Source: Callorhinchus milii (taxonomy: Eukaryota). From it: a DNA stretch of 64,000 nucleotides. Where the stretch lies: the NCBI RefSeq assembly GCF_018977255.1, contig NW_024704748.1:17732001-17796000 (forward strand), in the 5' to 3' direction. This document shows positions 1 to 11,789 of the stretch, piece by piece. The translations under genes and the position numbers were made by a program. Under the pieces are notes generated by a model. The model was not told the DNA's origin. It ran no database searches and was given only the letters and a program-made list of their open reading frames with translations. Within the stretch, counting starts at the first letter, position 1, and every line of letters begins with the position of its first letter.

Positions 1-211
1 GGGATGCAAAGCAGGCCAGTGCCTGCCAAGTTGAAGGGAGTGGGCAGGTGGTAAAAAGCAGTACTTCAAACATTAAAGCACAAAACATAATGTCAGAATT
101 TTTTTTAAAGTATTCTGGAAAGTATGACTGATAAAGACTAAGTCAACTCACATACTCAAAAATCCAGGCAAGTGGAGTATTGTCAATATTGTTGAAAATA
201 GAAGCACTTAC

Positions 212-350
212 CGACAGAATGTCAATGCCGTTGATATCAAGATTTTTAACTTGCGACAAGGTACCTGGTTTCCACTTGGGGAAAGTATTTTTGAAATCTG
301 GCAACGCCTCAACCTCTGGCCACACATCATTATTTGGTGTTCCTAGTGTC
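212..350 (-). CDS. CDK1: CDK1 coding exon 6 ([47 protein letters not shown]); the terminal exon lies outside the window
   Basis: Minus-strand acceptor ttttatag| and donor TCG|gtaagt. The 139-nt exon continues the frame of the previous exon and matches the C-lobe of CDK1. Confidence 0.95.
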
Positions 351-598
351 CTATAAAAGGAAAACACAAGGTTAATAAGATATATCTGTGCAGGGATATT
401 CCTGACCAATACAAGCGATAATTCAACCAACCAATCAATAAATAATCTGAATTATAATCCTCTGTAGTCTAGTCCAGAAATGGTATCATTGAAAGAATCT
501 AATTGCAGAGTTGTAACACACCAACTTCAAAGTCATGACATGATATACAGCAACAATTAAATGCTTCAAAATAATTCCTGAACAGCTGTACACTATAC

Positions 599-762
599 CT
601 GAAAATCCTGAAGAGTTGATCAATTTCAGAATCTCCGTGGAAGAGAGGTCTTTTTGTAGACATTTCTGCAAATATTGTGCCAATACTCCAGACGTCCACA
701 GGAGTAGAATAACGAGCAGAACCCAGTAGTACTTCAGGAGCTCGATACCACAGTGTCACAAC
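599..762 (-). CDS. CDK1: CDK1 coding exon 5 ([55 protein letters not shown])
   Basis: Acceptor aaaag| and donor CAG|gtatag; 164 nt; contains the APE motif and the GDSEIDQ CDK signature. Confidence 0.97.
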
Positions 763-800
763 CTTTTAAAGCAAACCATATCAATCATTAACTTGCAATA

Positions 801-1376
801 GGTGATGTCACCTCCCTCCACAAGCTACAGGTCATCCAGAACTCTGCAGCTCGTGTACTGTCCCGCACCAGACTTCGGGACCACATCACTCCCACCCTCG
901 CTTGCCTCCACTGGCTCCCCATCCCCCAGAGGATTAAGTTCAAGATCCTCATCCTCACCTACAAGGCCATTCACGACCTTGCTCCCTCCTACCTCTCCGA
1001 CCTACTATCCCCCTACCTACCTACCTACCCGTACCCTCCGTTCCTCTGGCTCCGGTCTGCTCCACATCCCCCGCCCCAACCGCCCTAGCATCGGTGGCCG
1101 GGCCTTCAGCGTCTTAGCCCCTAGGCTCTGGAACTCTATCCCCCAGTGCCTTCGCCTTGCCTCCTCCCTTTCCTCCTTCAAGGCCGGTCTCAAGACCTTT
1201 CTCTTTGACCGTGCCTTCAGCTCCCCTCTCAACTCTCTACCCCCTCCTCGCTCCCTCCCTTCCCTCACCCTGACCATTTCCCCCTTGCTCGGGTCCTGAC
1301 CCAACTGTACAGCGCCTTGGGATGTCCTCCCGACGTGAAAGGCGCTCTATAAATGGAATCTTGTTGTTATTGTTGT
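801..1376 (+). mobile_element. L2-clade LINE 3' fragment in a CDK1 intron
   Basis: Frameshifted translation includes LQVIQNSAAR..HITPTL..LHWLP..FKIL and GGRAFSVLAPRLWNS..FKAGLKTFLF. The 3' UTR ends ggcgctctataaat followed by (TTG)n. Confidence 0.9.
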
Positions 1377-1439
1377 CACCTCTATATTGGCAAGCCCCAC
1401 AAAGCAGTTTAATAACTATTTTCATGTCACAAGTTTAAA

Positions 1440-1636
1440 ATAGTTAAAAATAATCCCTCCAAAAAATGTGGTCACTCAACCACCACGACTGTTTGTGGGA
1501 CACTGCTGTTCGCAATTGGCTGCTGCGTTTTGCCCACAAAATACAATCACTCCACTTTACAATATATTCCGTGAAGTGCTTTGAGATGTCTCAATAACGT
1601 GATAAAACCCTATATCAAATATAAAGATTATTATTT
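1440..1636 (+). mobile_element. 5'-truncated tRNA-Ala-derived SINE (body and tail)
   Basis: Shares gactgtttgtgggacactgctg..caattggctgctgcgttttgcccacaaa..gtgaagtgctttgagatgtc..gattattatt with the full-length copies. Confidence 0.8.
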
Positions 1637-2040
1637 CTAATACTCCAATATGATAAGACTCGAGATGAATTGTTTGGAGATGAGTGGATCGGGGGTGGGC
1701 AATTCAACAGAGATTATAAAGAGTGACATTGTCCCCTAAGCAAAACAGTCACTTACTAGAGAACGTGAGGTTGCTCATTTAAAGTGGAAAATGAGACAAT
1801 TGTGCAAAAAGCTTTAGCTGTATGGAGTGCAAAGTACAAATAAAATGAACAGTGTGAAGTTACAGATGTATTCAAAAGCTGCCACTATATACATATAGTG
1901 TATACAACTACCCATACATTAATCAGTTATGACTCAAAATTTTCTCAGAGAGGGAGCTTATTTAATCAAATGCAACTCTGTGCTAAGAGTCTCTTGCCTC
2001 GTCAGTTACTCGCATCAAACAAGACAACAATTGTACTTAC

Positions 2041-2211
2041 TTCATGAGTGTAGACTCTCACAGGAACACCAAAGGCACGGGCAAGTCCAAAGTCAGCCAA
2101 CTTAATAACCCCTTTACTATCTATCAGTAAGTTTTGAGGCTTCAAATCTCTGTGCAGGACTCTTCTTGAGTGACAGAAGGCAATTCCTTGTAGAATTTGG
2201 TATAGGTAACT
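2041..2211 (-). CDS. CDK1: CDK1 coding exon 4 ([57 protein letters not shown])
   Basis: Acceptor ttttcag| and donor GAA|gtaagt; 171 nt; contains [11 protein letters not shown] and the T-loop Thr (VYTHE). Confidence 0.97.
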
Positions 2212-3088
2212 CTGAAAAATACAAGAGCTTGTGAAACTCCAGTTAAATCAGTAAATCAAATTAGATTGCAGATTAAACTGAATTCTTTATTTGCAAAGTA
2301 ATAGATTGCTGGTTAAATGCATCACCACACGTAGCAACAGCCAAACAAGAATCACTGGTTCAAAACCCTAGTCTTTGCTGAGTACACATTTTTTATCCAT
2401 GGTTCTATATCAATCTCCACTTTGGCTTACTAGAAAGAGAATTTAAAAAAATGCAATGTGGATGTGAGGCAAAACCATTAACAGGATTGGTTGTAACCCT
2501 ACAGCCAATTCAATAACCAAAACCTCAATGTCAAGATGCACATGACTAATGGCCACATTGGAAAAATGCCAGATCAATGCATTTACTGCAATCTGTGGCA
2601 GGGAAGAATAAATCAGGAGGGGAGAATATTGGCACAAAGAAAGGGAATCCTTGTTCGACAATAACTGATTGTGTTACTTTGACCAGTGACGAATTAAAAT
2701 CTCAAAAATATTACACCTGCATCTTAAAGAGAATGTACCTACATCAATAAATGCCATCACTTAATGTCTTCACTTGGAGCAATTTAAACTTCAATTCAAT
2801 GGACTTCAGTTAAGTTAAAATATCACAAAACACAACATTAATGCCCATATTTTAAGGCCTTTGATTTCAAGACAATCCCCATCCCACTTCAAATGAAGAA
2901 AAAAAATGAAGTAAACCCTGGAAATAATAATAATGATCCTTGCATTTGATATAGCACCTTATCAAATAAAATGAACAGAATTTCTTGAACTGGTCCAATG
3001 AACTCATGAGTAAAGGCACTGTTCAGTGAGTACCAGTGGATGTAGGAACATGCGGCACAAAAAAGCTTTCAATTCACATTGCAAATAC

Positions 3089-3212
3089 CTTAACTAGCAT
3101 TTGGTCCATCAACTGACCAGCAGGTAAGGAATCCAAATATTTTTTGAGATCCATAGAAAGGAATTCAAATATAAGGTACAACCGAGCATCCTGCATTAGA
3201 ACATCTTGAAGG
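3089..3212 (-). CDS. CDK1: CDK1 coding exon 3 ([41 protein letters not shown])
   Basis: Acceptor ttttag| and donor AAG|gtattt; 124 nt; contains the hinge [11 protein letters not shown] typical of CDK1. Confidence 0.96.
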
Positions 3213-4844
3213 CTAAAATGGAAAAGAACAGTGATTAAAGTGTGCTACATTTTCTCAGGACCACAATTGACCATTCTGTTCAATGCAGCTCAAAAAGTTA
3301 AAACACGATGACAAAAGTTGCTGGATACATTTTATAGCTACCATGCAGATATTTTTCTTAAATTTACATCAAAATGTAAAGATTACCAGACCCCAAAGAA
3401 ATTTGCTCATGGTGCTTTGGGAAGCCAAAAGATGTAATAGGTTTCCAAAGTTGTGGGATGCACCACACAATAAAAACATGTGGTTTCAACACTTTAGAAG
3501 TCAAATCAGTGTGAAACAAGTAGGTCAACTATACCTTAAGGGAAATTCCATGCAGTCTCAAGAATTTCCTTTCCTGTTGAATCAAGACCCCTCTCATATC
3601 AAACAGAAACATGTCACAAACAGAGGACCTTTGAACCCTGGTCTCACTAGCAGTTGTTATTATTACTACTGCAAGGGTAAAATTAGGCCCGGAAAACCCT
3701 CCACAAACCCAATAGTAAATTACTGCTAAACTATATGTGATATGCAACTGGACTGACTCCCTCCATATATCCCTTGTAGTATCCCCAAATATAAAACAAA
3801 AGCTCACCAAATGCAGCAAAATCAATCTTTCACTTGAAGCAATTTTATACTGCTCAATGCAAATAGTTTTATTAATCAAACAGTGAATATTGGTACAAAA
3901 AATATTGATATTCATTCCTTTATTTTCTTCTAAGTAAAAAGATTATATGTACTCTTTATATTGGTTTGATTGGAGTAAACATTTCAATTTAAAAAAAGCA
4001 AAGGCCTAAGTGGATCTATGGGGATTTGAATTCAGAATTTCTAGTGCTGTTCAATTAGCAGTTTAGATTAAGGACATGATTGTCTAACTTAGCATTAAAA
4101 ATAATAATATCCACATTGAGATTATGAAAGGTTAATACAAAAAGATTAAGGATCTATTGACTGTAATTTAAATGAAAATTGGGTGACGTCAATAAGTAGG
4201 AGCTGGCTCTCATCATTCAGGAAACCTGAATCATTCCATGAAAGAAAATGCTTCACCTAGTTCTTAAATAAAGCATGATTTTCAGAGACGTGATCTGAAC
4301 GTTCTGATTTATGTTAATTCACTTTGTTCAGAATATGAATCAAGACTGACCTTGAATGATCACAACTAATCTTAAGTAAATTTTAAACCAGATTATTGGC
4401 ATTATTTCCAGAGATTATTCTCCTGCTTCTGATAAAGTCACTGCACTACATATAAAGATCCTATGTCTATGCCTCTGGGCTAAGGAAGCGGGGGGGGGGG
4501 GGGGGGGGGAAATCAGCTAGGGATTTCACTACAGATCATTACCCAGTGATCCCTATTGGAATGTGCATTTGTGGTCAAGATGAAATGTGGATGCAATCTA
4601 TCTCTTACACCCCCACAATGAAGGGCAGACCATTAAAGATTAAGATGGGAAATAAAAAGTTAAAGTTGGGGGGGGGGGTGCGGAGGGGAGAAGAGAAGGC
4701 ATAATTCCAAATGGAAGGCTTTGACTAGTAACGTACATTGTATTTGCCATTATAACCAATTATCGATATGGTTTTCAAATCCATAACAAAACTATATGGT
4801 CCAAATCAGTGCAGTTATTGGATCTAACATTTAAGTACCACTTA

Positions 4845-5063
<219 letters not shown>

Positions 5064-5746
5064 CTATACAATTATCCTGCATGAAAAGCTATTCTTAAGT
5101 TTCTTTCACAAGACTGATTTTAGAACAAAAAAGAAGAGATCCTCATTGTAATTTATTTAGCCACATGTTCAGCCGGGCTACATTTCCTAGTTGTGTCCTC
5201 AAGTGCAACAAAACATTTGTTGTATTAAATATGTGTTTTGCAACTATTGATGCAATCAAGATATTCAGTCTAAATTGAAATTTTATAGGGATTGTCAGGA
5301 TGGGGGAGATGCATTGAATACCTGTTCTTTTAACACCAAAATGCAACGTGAATATGCTCACAAGTTAGAATGGTAATAGTAAGATGAATAGAATGACATT
5401 GAGATAGATGAACTTATTTTTCTGCAACAGTTCACACAAGATAGTTCTTGGTTTGACCATTGTAAAGGATGGATCCTTAAAAAAATTGCAGGATTCAGAA
5501 CAGTTAATTCTATGTCTGTAAATGGTGTAATCATTAAGGAAAAGGCACCAATAAGAAGGGCATCATTCACCGTTTCCTTTCTATTAAATAGATTCCTGGT
5601 TTTCCAACTACAAGTATTTTTTTCTTGGGCAGATGTGGGGGTGGGGCACTTGAACAGCATTTGCTATAGTGGAGAAATCTATATTGAGTCATGAAATAAG
5701 TGCTCCTGCACTCAAGTTGTTAAAAAATATCTAACGAGTACCTCAC

Positions 5747-5783
5747 CTTCACCAATTTTCTCTATCTTCACATAATCATCCAT
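5747..5783 (-). CDS. CDK1: CDK1 first coding exon (MDDYVKIEKIGE/G); the exon including 5' UTR spans 5747-5804
   Basis: Acceptor tttacag| at 5805/5804, ATG at 5783 in the context agcATGg, 37 coding nt, donor AAG|gtgagg. Confidence 0.95.
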
Positions 5784-6129
5784 GCTAGCTGGTCACACTT
5801 CAGCCTGTAAACTAAATATAAAGAGAATTAGAATTCTAAGCTGCACATAAAATAGCCTTTTCTAACGGTTATTTGAGTTTGACCCATAAGATTTTAATTA
5901 CGAGTAACCTTCAGATGCTTACTAGGCTAGGTTTCTTCAGTTCAATTAGTCCTAAAAATTAACCATAAGCAGTGCATCGCTAAAGTTTCACTGATGAAAT
6001 GGAGCTGCTTTTATATTTGTGTTTAATAACGAGTAGGCAATGTCTATTCAAATTTTCAAGGCTTAACTGTCAATATGATTCATAGACCTGACTAATAAGG
6101 TCTCACTCAAATAAACTTTTACAAACACC

Positions 6130-6356
6130 TTACCATTCTGCCACTCTGCCCCCACCCTCTGGAACTCCATCCCTCAGTCCCTCCGTCTCGCCTCCTTCAA
6201 GTCCCTCCTCTTCGACTATGCTTTCGATTACTCGTTCCCCCCACTCTCTACCCTCTCCAATCCCGACCCCCAGCTCAGGTCCAAAACACTGATTGTCCAG
6301 TGCCATGGAACGTACTCCCGAAGTGAAAGGCGCTATGCAAATGTAATTTTGTTGTT
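6130..6356 (+). mobile_element. L2 LINE 3' end fragment
   Basis: ctctggaactccatccc..ttcaag..ctcttcgac..cccgaagtgaaaggcgctatgcaaatgtaattttgttgtt. Confidence 0.8.
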
Positions 6357-7174
6357 TCAATACAACATATTTATATTTAATCACCAGATGGTCCTATCTG
6401 AACTATCATGAATTCCATTAGCTAGACTTGGGATTTTCAAATTAAACCCAGTAATTGTTAAGTCTGATCATTAATTGCCCATATCATCTCCATTCCTTAA
6501 TTCTGCAATGCTGATGGAAAGGGCCACTCTCACACATGGTGATGGACTTCTGCCCGGCTGACCGAAAAACCTGGAACTCCATGCAGCATTCCAGACGTAG
6601 TCAGATGTACAGCATTCCATGTACAGCCTCAGTTTGGCCTTTAAGATTTAAACTGAATTTATTTGCTAATGTAACCCAGCAGTCCATTTGTTTTATTTAT
6701 TGTGAACTAACACCGTTAGTGAAAATTAACCAAAACATTTTTTCAGCTTTCTCCTTAGCAAGTTCCATCTCACCCACAGAGTACACACATGCCTACTTCT
6801 AATTTACAATATCATGAATTTGTCAGTATCAAATTTCATTTGCCAGAGATTGCCCCTGCTCCAACTTAATATTAGCGAGAATTAATACCTCAGACCAGCA
6901 AATCAAGCTCATTTATGCACACTAGGACAGGTGATGTGAAGCATGAAACTTGACATGTAGAACCAACCAACTCATTAAGGAACCACTTACAGGATCAAGG
7001 GTTCATCTGCATCTCAAAATGAATCAAAAAGACGAGATAGAAACATGGCTGGTTACTGAATCTATCCAATTTCGTAGAAAACTATGAACTTCCTAGAGAC
7101 CAATCAGCCTCAGAGAAGCCCTGCTTCAGTTTCTTACCCCTGCAATTTCAGTACATGGTAACTATGTTATAAAA

Positions 7175-7230
7175 TTTATAATGCAGCCTCTGAGCCATTT
7201 GGCCCAACGGCTCAGAGGCTGCATTATAAA
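7175..7230. repeat. Perfect 22-bp inverted repeat (hairpin) with a 12-nt loop
   Basis: tttataatgcagcctctgagcc / ggctcagaggctgcattataaa. Confidence 0.95.
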
Positions 7231-7574
7231 CAGACTGAAAATATTGCTTACTCAATGGTCATCGGATCGTTTCTACTCAACACTAGAAAACAGGTGCCTG
7301 GCTCCACAATAAACCAACATTATAAGTGAGATAGCACTGTTCCAAAGTTATAACTGGGTTCCCATGTCTTACCAATTGAAAACACCCATTTTAATCCAGC
7401 TCCACCTTTTGATGTTTTCATTTAGGCCATTTGCAGGCTAATTTACTTTTATACCATTCAGACGAGTTATGATGAAATTTAGATTATACAGGAATCTTTG
7501 CAAGGGATTTAGGCAGGCACAAACACACAAGTTTCCACAATGTGAAGCATTTTGGTGGGGGGAGGGGGGGGGGT

Positions 7575-7720
7575 CAGCCAGGTGTCTGACACATGTGGAA
7601 ACCAATTACCATGTTTAAGAATAACCAAACCAAGCTGAGATTTCCATGCATCCCATCTACATATGGAAATTTCAGAGATAGATTGTTGGAATCTATCCCT
7701 GGAGGGATGCATCCTGCTTA
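7575..7720 (+). repeat. Unclassified dispersed repeat (other copies at ~34620-34720 + and ~38640-38750 -)
   Basis: Shared core ggtgtctgacacatg..accatg.ttaa..ata.ccaaacca..ctgaga.ttccatg..ctaca.atggaaat. Confidence 0.75.
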
Positions 7721-8278
7721 CCCAATTCTGGAAAGTATTAGATACAAGATGGCAAAAGCGAAACTTTGGGGATCTCAGAATGTGTGTTCAGTCTAACCAG
7801 CTTACCATTGATATTGCTGTCCGGCAAGCTTTCCTGCTGTTCATACAGCTGGGACCCCCCTACTACATGTTAAGGGTTTGCCTTGCAGGGTTAACAGGAG
7901 CTGCGATGGATGACTCCCTGTCCCCAGCTCCTGTCGATCAGCTAGGCTGGCTGTGCTGTCATCAGCAGTGGCCTGGAATACAGTGGACCACCCAACTATC
8001 CAAAGCATCTTTGGATTAGCTAAGTGGATAATCCTCACATAGTACTACAAATGTAAGCACACTTCACCCTAATATCAGTTTGGCATTTCATCTAAAGGTA
8101 ATCTATGAGATGTGAGACAAGATCTACCCCCTTCTCATACATCAGTCAGTCACTTATTAGGTTACTGTACAATACAGACAGGCTTCTTTTGTTTCTGGTC
8201 ATTACCACTAAGCTGCAGGTCTCCACATTTCATCTTTTCAGTTTTCTGGAAATTTATGTACATTATTCAATAACTACT

Positions 8279-8635
8279 GTCCTGTAACTCAGTGGTTAGA
8301 GCACTCGCCTCGCAAATGAGAGACCTCTGTTCAATTCCCGGCAGGGCGAAATGTTGGGCAAGTTTCCTTATTCCACACTCATGTTTACCTAGCAGTAAGT
8401 AGGAACATGGTTATTAGTCGGTTGGCGGATCGCTTTTCCAGGGATAATAATTTCTTCAAAAAAAAATTGGTCACTTCAATCCATGACTGTTTTGTGGGAC
8501 ACTGCTGTGGGCAATCGGCTGCCATGATTCACCCACAAAATATACAGTCCATTCACTTTACAGTATATTCTGTAAAGCACTTTGAGACATCTCGAATACA
8601 TAAGGCACTGTATCAAGTGCGAGGGATTATTATTA
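8279..8635 (+). mobile_element. Full-length tRNA-Ala-derived SINE
   Basis: Head gtcctgtaactcagtggttagagc (A box), gttcaattcc (B box), body, and an L2-like tail ending in (ATT)n. Confidence 0.9.
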
Positions 8636-9599
8636 GACTCAGCCGGTTCAGTATCTGCACCAGTCTAAACGTTTACTAATAATTCAGCAGTCATTTGCTC
8701 TGGAAACCATTGAAAAATGGTCCCTTGAAAGCTCTCGGGGGGAGGGGAGCGGGGGGGGGAGGGGAGGGGGGGGAGGGGAGAGGTCCATTGACCCAATCAA
8801 GAATCAGAGACTCCCATCATTCCTCACCACTTCGTGGCTTTTATACCCCACTCTTTCAAACCTGTTGCCCTCTCAGCGGCACTGGCGTTCAATGTCATTC
8901 CCCTCGATATCCTACTCAAGAAACCCGAGGTTGTTCTGTACTTTTTTTTTGGCAACAGCCGCAGACAAGGAATACGATTTACTCGCTAACCGAACTAAAC
9001 CAACCAACCAACCAACTAACTCTCCTGACTCCCAAACACCACATCCGGGAGGGACGCCATCATCGAGAAGATGGAGGATCACCACCGTCCGTCTGTCCGC
9101 CCAATGGTGGGAAAAAGAAGGTTACAACCTCGGCGGCTGCGGACACTGACTGGTCACTGCTCCGAAGGGGCCGAGATGTACAGAAACGATTACTTTAAAC
9201 ACAACACTCTTCGGGGAGAGTAACTCCCCTCCTCCCGTTGTACCCCAAAAGAGGGGAAAACGGCCGAGAGGAAGACGGGCCAGAGTTTAAATGGGGGGCA
9301 TTTCCCCCCCCCCCCACACACACACACACCCTCTGCCCACTCCCTCCCTCAAACCCCTTCAGCTCACAACGGCCTCCACCTGAGGCCGAGACCAACGATC
9401 GGCTCAAACGTCCTGCCTGGGGCAGGGGAGGGGAGGGGGAGGGGGGGGGCAGCTCTCGGCGTGGCCGGGAGGCGGCCGCGCACCGGCATCGCTTGCGCTC
9501 CTGCGAGGGAGAGAAGTTCGGGAGGTTAAAAACCGAGTGCGAAGGATAGGATTCATTTTTAAAAAGGGAGGGGTGGGGGGAGAGAAAAAAGAAGTAACT

Positions 9600-9800
9600 T
9601 ATCCACCGCCGAAGCGAGACGCACCAACAGCTCCGCGCAGTCCGGCCACCGTTTGAATTTTCTTTCTCTCTCTCTCGCTCGCGGCCGTTACACGGCTCCC
9701 GATTCAAACCGGGTGCCGCGACTCGGCGACCAATCAGCGGCCGCCGCTTACTTTCAAAGCCGCCAATCAGTGCGCCGCGCGCCGGGGTCCTCACCGCCCC
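9600..9800 (-). promoter_or_regulatory. CDK1: CDK1 core promoter / non-coding exon 1 region with G2/M elements
   Basis: Lies in a CpG island (~9000-10700). CCAAT boxes at 9730-9734 and 9763-9767 (33 bp apart), CHR hexamers TTTGAA at 9703-9708 (-), 9753-9758 (-) and 9652-9657 (+), and a MYB site TAACGG at 9685-9690 (-). Confidence 0.8.
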
Positions 9801-10757
9801 CCTCTGAGGTGTCCGCGGAGAAAGGGCGCGAATGAGCGCCGAGAAGCGGGTGGGCGGGGCGTAAGGGAGAGCGAGAGAGGTGGGGGGGGAGAGAGGAGAG
9901 AGAGAGCGAGCCGAGGCATTTAAACAGTCACTTCACCGTACCCACCTGGCTTTAGGAGCCGAGTTGTGCAATGTGGGTTCACACCGAGCGTGGAGGAGGA
10001 GGAGGAAGATAGAAAAAGCAAAGGCGAAGGGGAGTGGGGTTGGGAGGAGGAGGAGGGGTGGTGTCAGGAACCAAAATAAAGTTGGCGAAAGTCTGTGATT
10101 GTTAATAATCAGCGGTGAGTATTTCTGCTCATCGACTCAACATGACCCAAAGGGTTGCGCGGTTTGACTGGAAAAGCTGAAGTTGTGCAAGGATTGCAAT
10201 TACTCGACCCTTTCCAGCCACACGGCTGCGTTTTTAAACGGCTCTGCCTCCTGAAGGGCATTTGATTGACGTCTTCGCAGCTCAACCGACAGATTAATCC
10301 CTGAGGGTTTTTTTTTTGTGTGCCGATCAATTGATTTCTGCCCTCCCCATCCGGATTTCTTCTTTTTGTTGGCCAGAGAGAGAGAGAGAGTGAGTGAGAG
10401 AAATAGTGATTAAAGCTGCAAAACAATCTGTTTCTCAGAGCAAGTGAGTCTATTGAGGTTTAATAGGGCCCTTTCACTCGCGCGGTGCATGTCGGGCCGA
10501 TCCCGCCTCCATGATTCTCCTATTTTCCTTCCCTGGAGGACAGGAGTGCAAACATAAATAATCCGTACATGTGGACTGTATGAGCTCTGGCATTACCGCC
10601 TCTCGCTTTTACACTGTAAAGTTCCGCAGAGTATTTTAATTCAAGCACATAGATATCACCCCCTTCCTCGCCTGACTCCCACCGGCTTCCCGTCGCACAG
10701 AGGATACAGTTCAAGATCCTCGTAATAATAACTGTGCATAAAACTTATAATTTTAAT

Positions 10758-10920
10758 TACTCAATCCATGACTCTGTGGCAGCCAAATGCGCACGTTTTG
10801 GGCTGCTGCATTTTGCCCAATATACAGTCAATTCACTTTACAGTATATTCTGTGAAGCGCTTTGGGACGTCTAGAAGACGTGAAAAGCGCTATATCGAAT
10901 GCAAGGATTATTATTATTAA
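10758..10920 (+). mobile_element. Truncated SINE (body and tail)
   Basis: tacagtcaattcactttacagtatattctgtgaagcgctttgggacgt..aaagcgctatatcgaatgcaaggattattatt. Confidence 0.85.
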
Positions 10921-11789
10921 ATTATATAAATGCAAGGATTTATGCAATATCTGCCAGTGTAATTTTGTACAGTTGAAAACCGCTGACAAGGTTACATTGT
11001 TTGTGAGGCAGCTGGTATAACCCACACTCGGCATCGGCCTGCATAAAATATGACAGCATGCGGTGATTGATTAAGAAACTTCAAAGAAGAGGCTACACAC
11101 CTTAGCCGAGCTGACGCAACAAGAACTGGAAACAAGAAGTATGAATCTGGCTTTCTACTCCAAAGCCATTCACTCGGGACCTACATTAGTTTCTTTCTTG
11201 CAGAAGAAACTTTGCAAAATCAAAAGTGAATTCTGAGTTTAGCATTTAATGTAATGTGTTGACCATTACCATTAAACTAATGTATTGACCATATCTCAGA
11301 GTTTTAATTATTGCATAATGAGTACATTCCATCTGTCTCTCCATTCCAAATGGCTGCAGAAATTAAGAGGAGACTCTTTAAAGGGACATTCAGGAGAATG
11401 CCACCATTTTCTGATACAGAAGCAATAAATTAAGAGGCAAATAGTGATCAGTCCGTAAAACATAAATATTTTGCAGACCTTAGTACCTGCTAAAGCTCAG
11501 GCTTTCCAACATGAAGAGTACATAAGCAAAGAAAGTCCATATAAAATGATTACAGGTTCAGTTTGAAATGCTGCTGTGGGTTATCAATTGTACAATTTTG
11601 TTTTCTCGACTAAATGTGTTGACCCATACAAATATTTCTGTAATCACCGTTATCTCATTATCACAGTTGAGGTTCATATGTCTTTGAAACAAAATAAATA
11701 CATTTTGATTCATTACGGATGACTTTGATCAGTATTTGAAACGAGTGTAATCTGATATGTGTATCCTTTGCATCATTAACATCCCTTTA

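Noticed and set aside
8695-9835. Long overlapping ORFs (167, 199 and 103 aa) in the CpG island
   Set aside because: Low-complexity, stop-poor GC-rich promoter/intron sequence with no recognisable domain.
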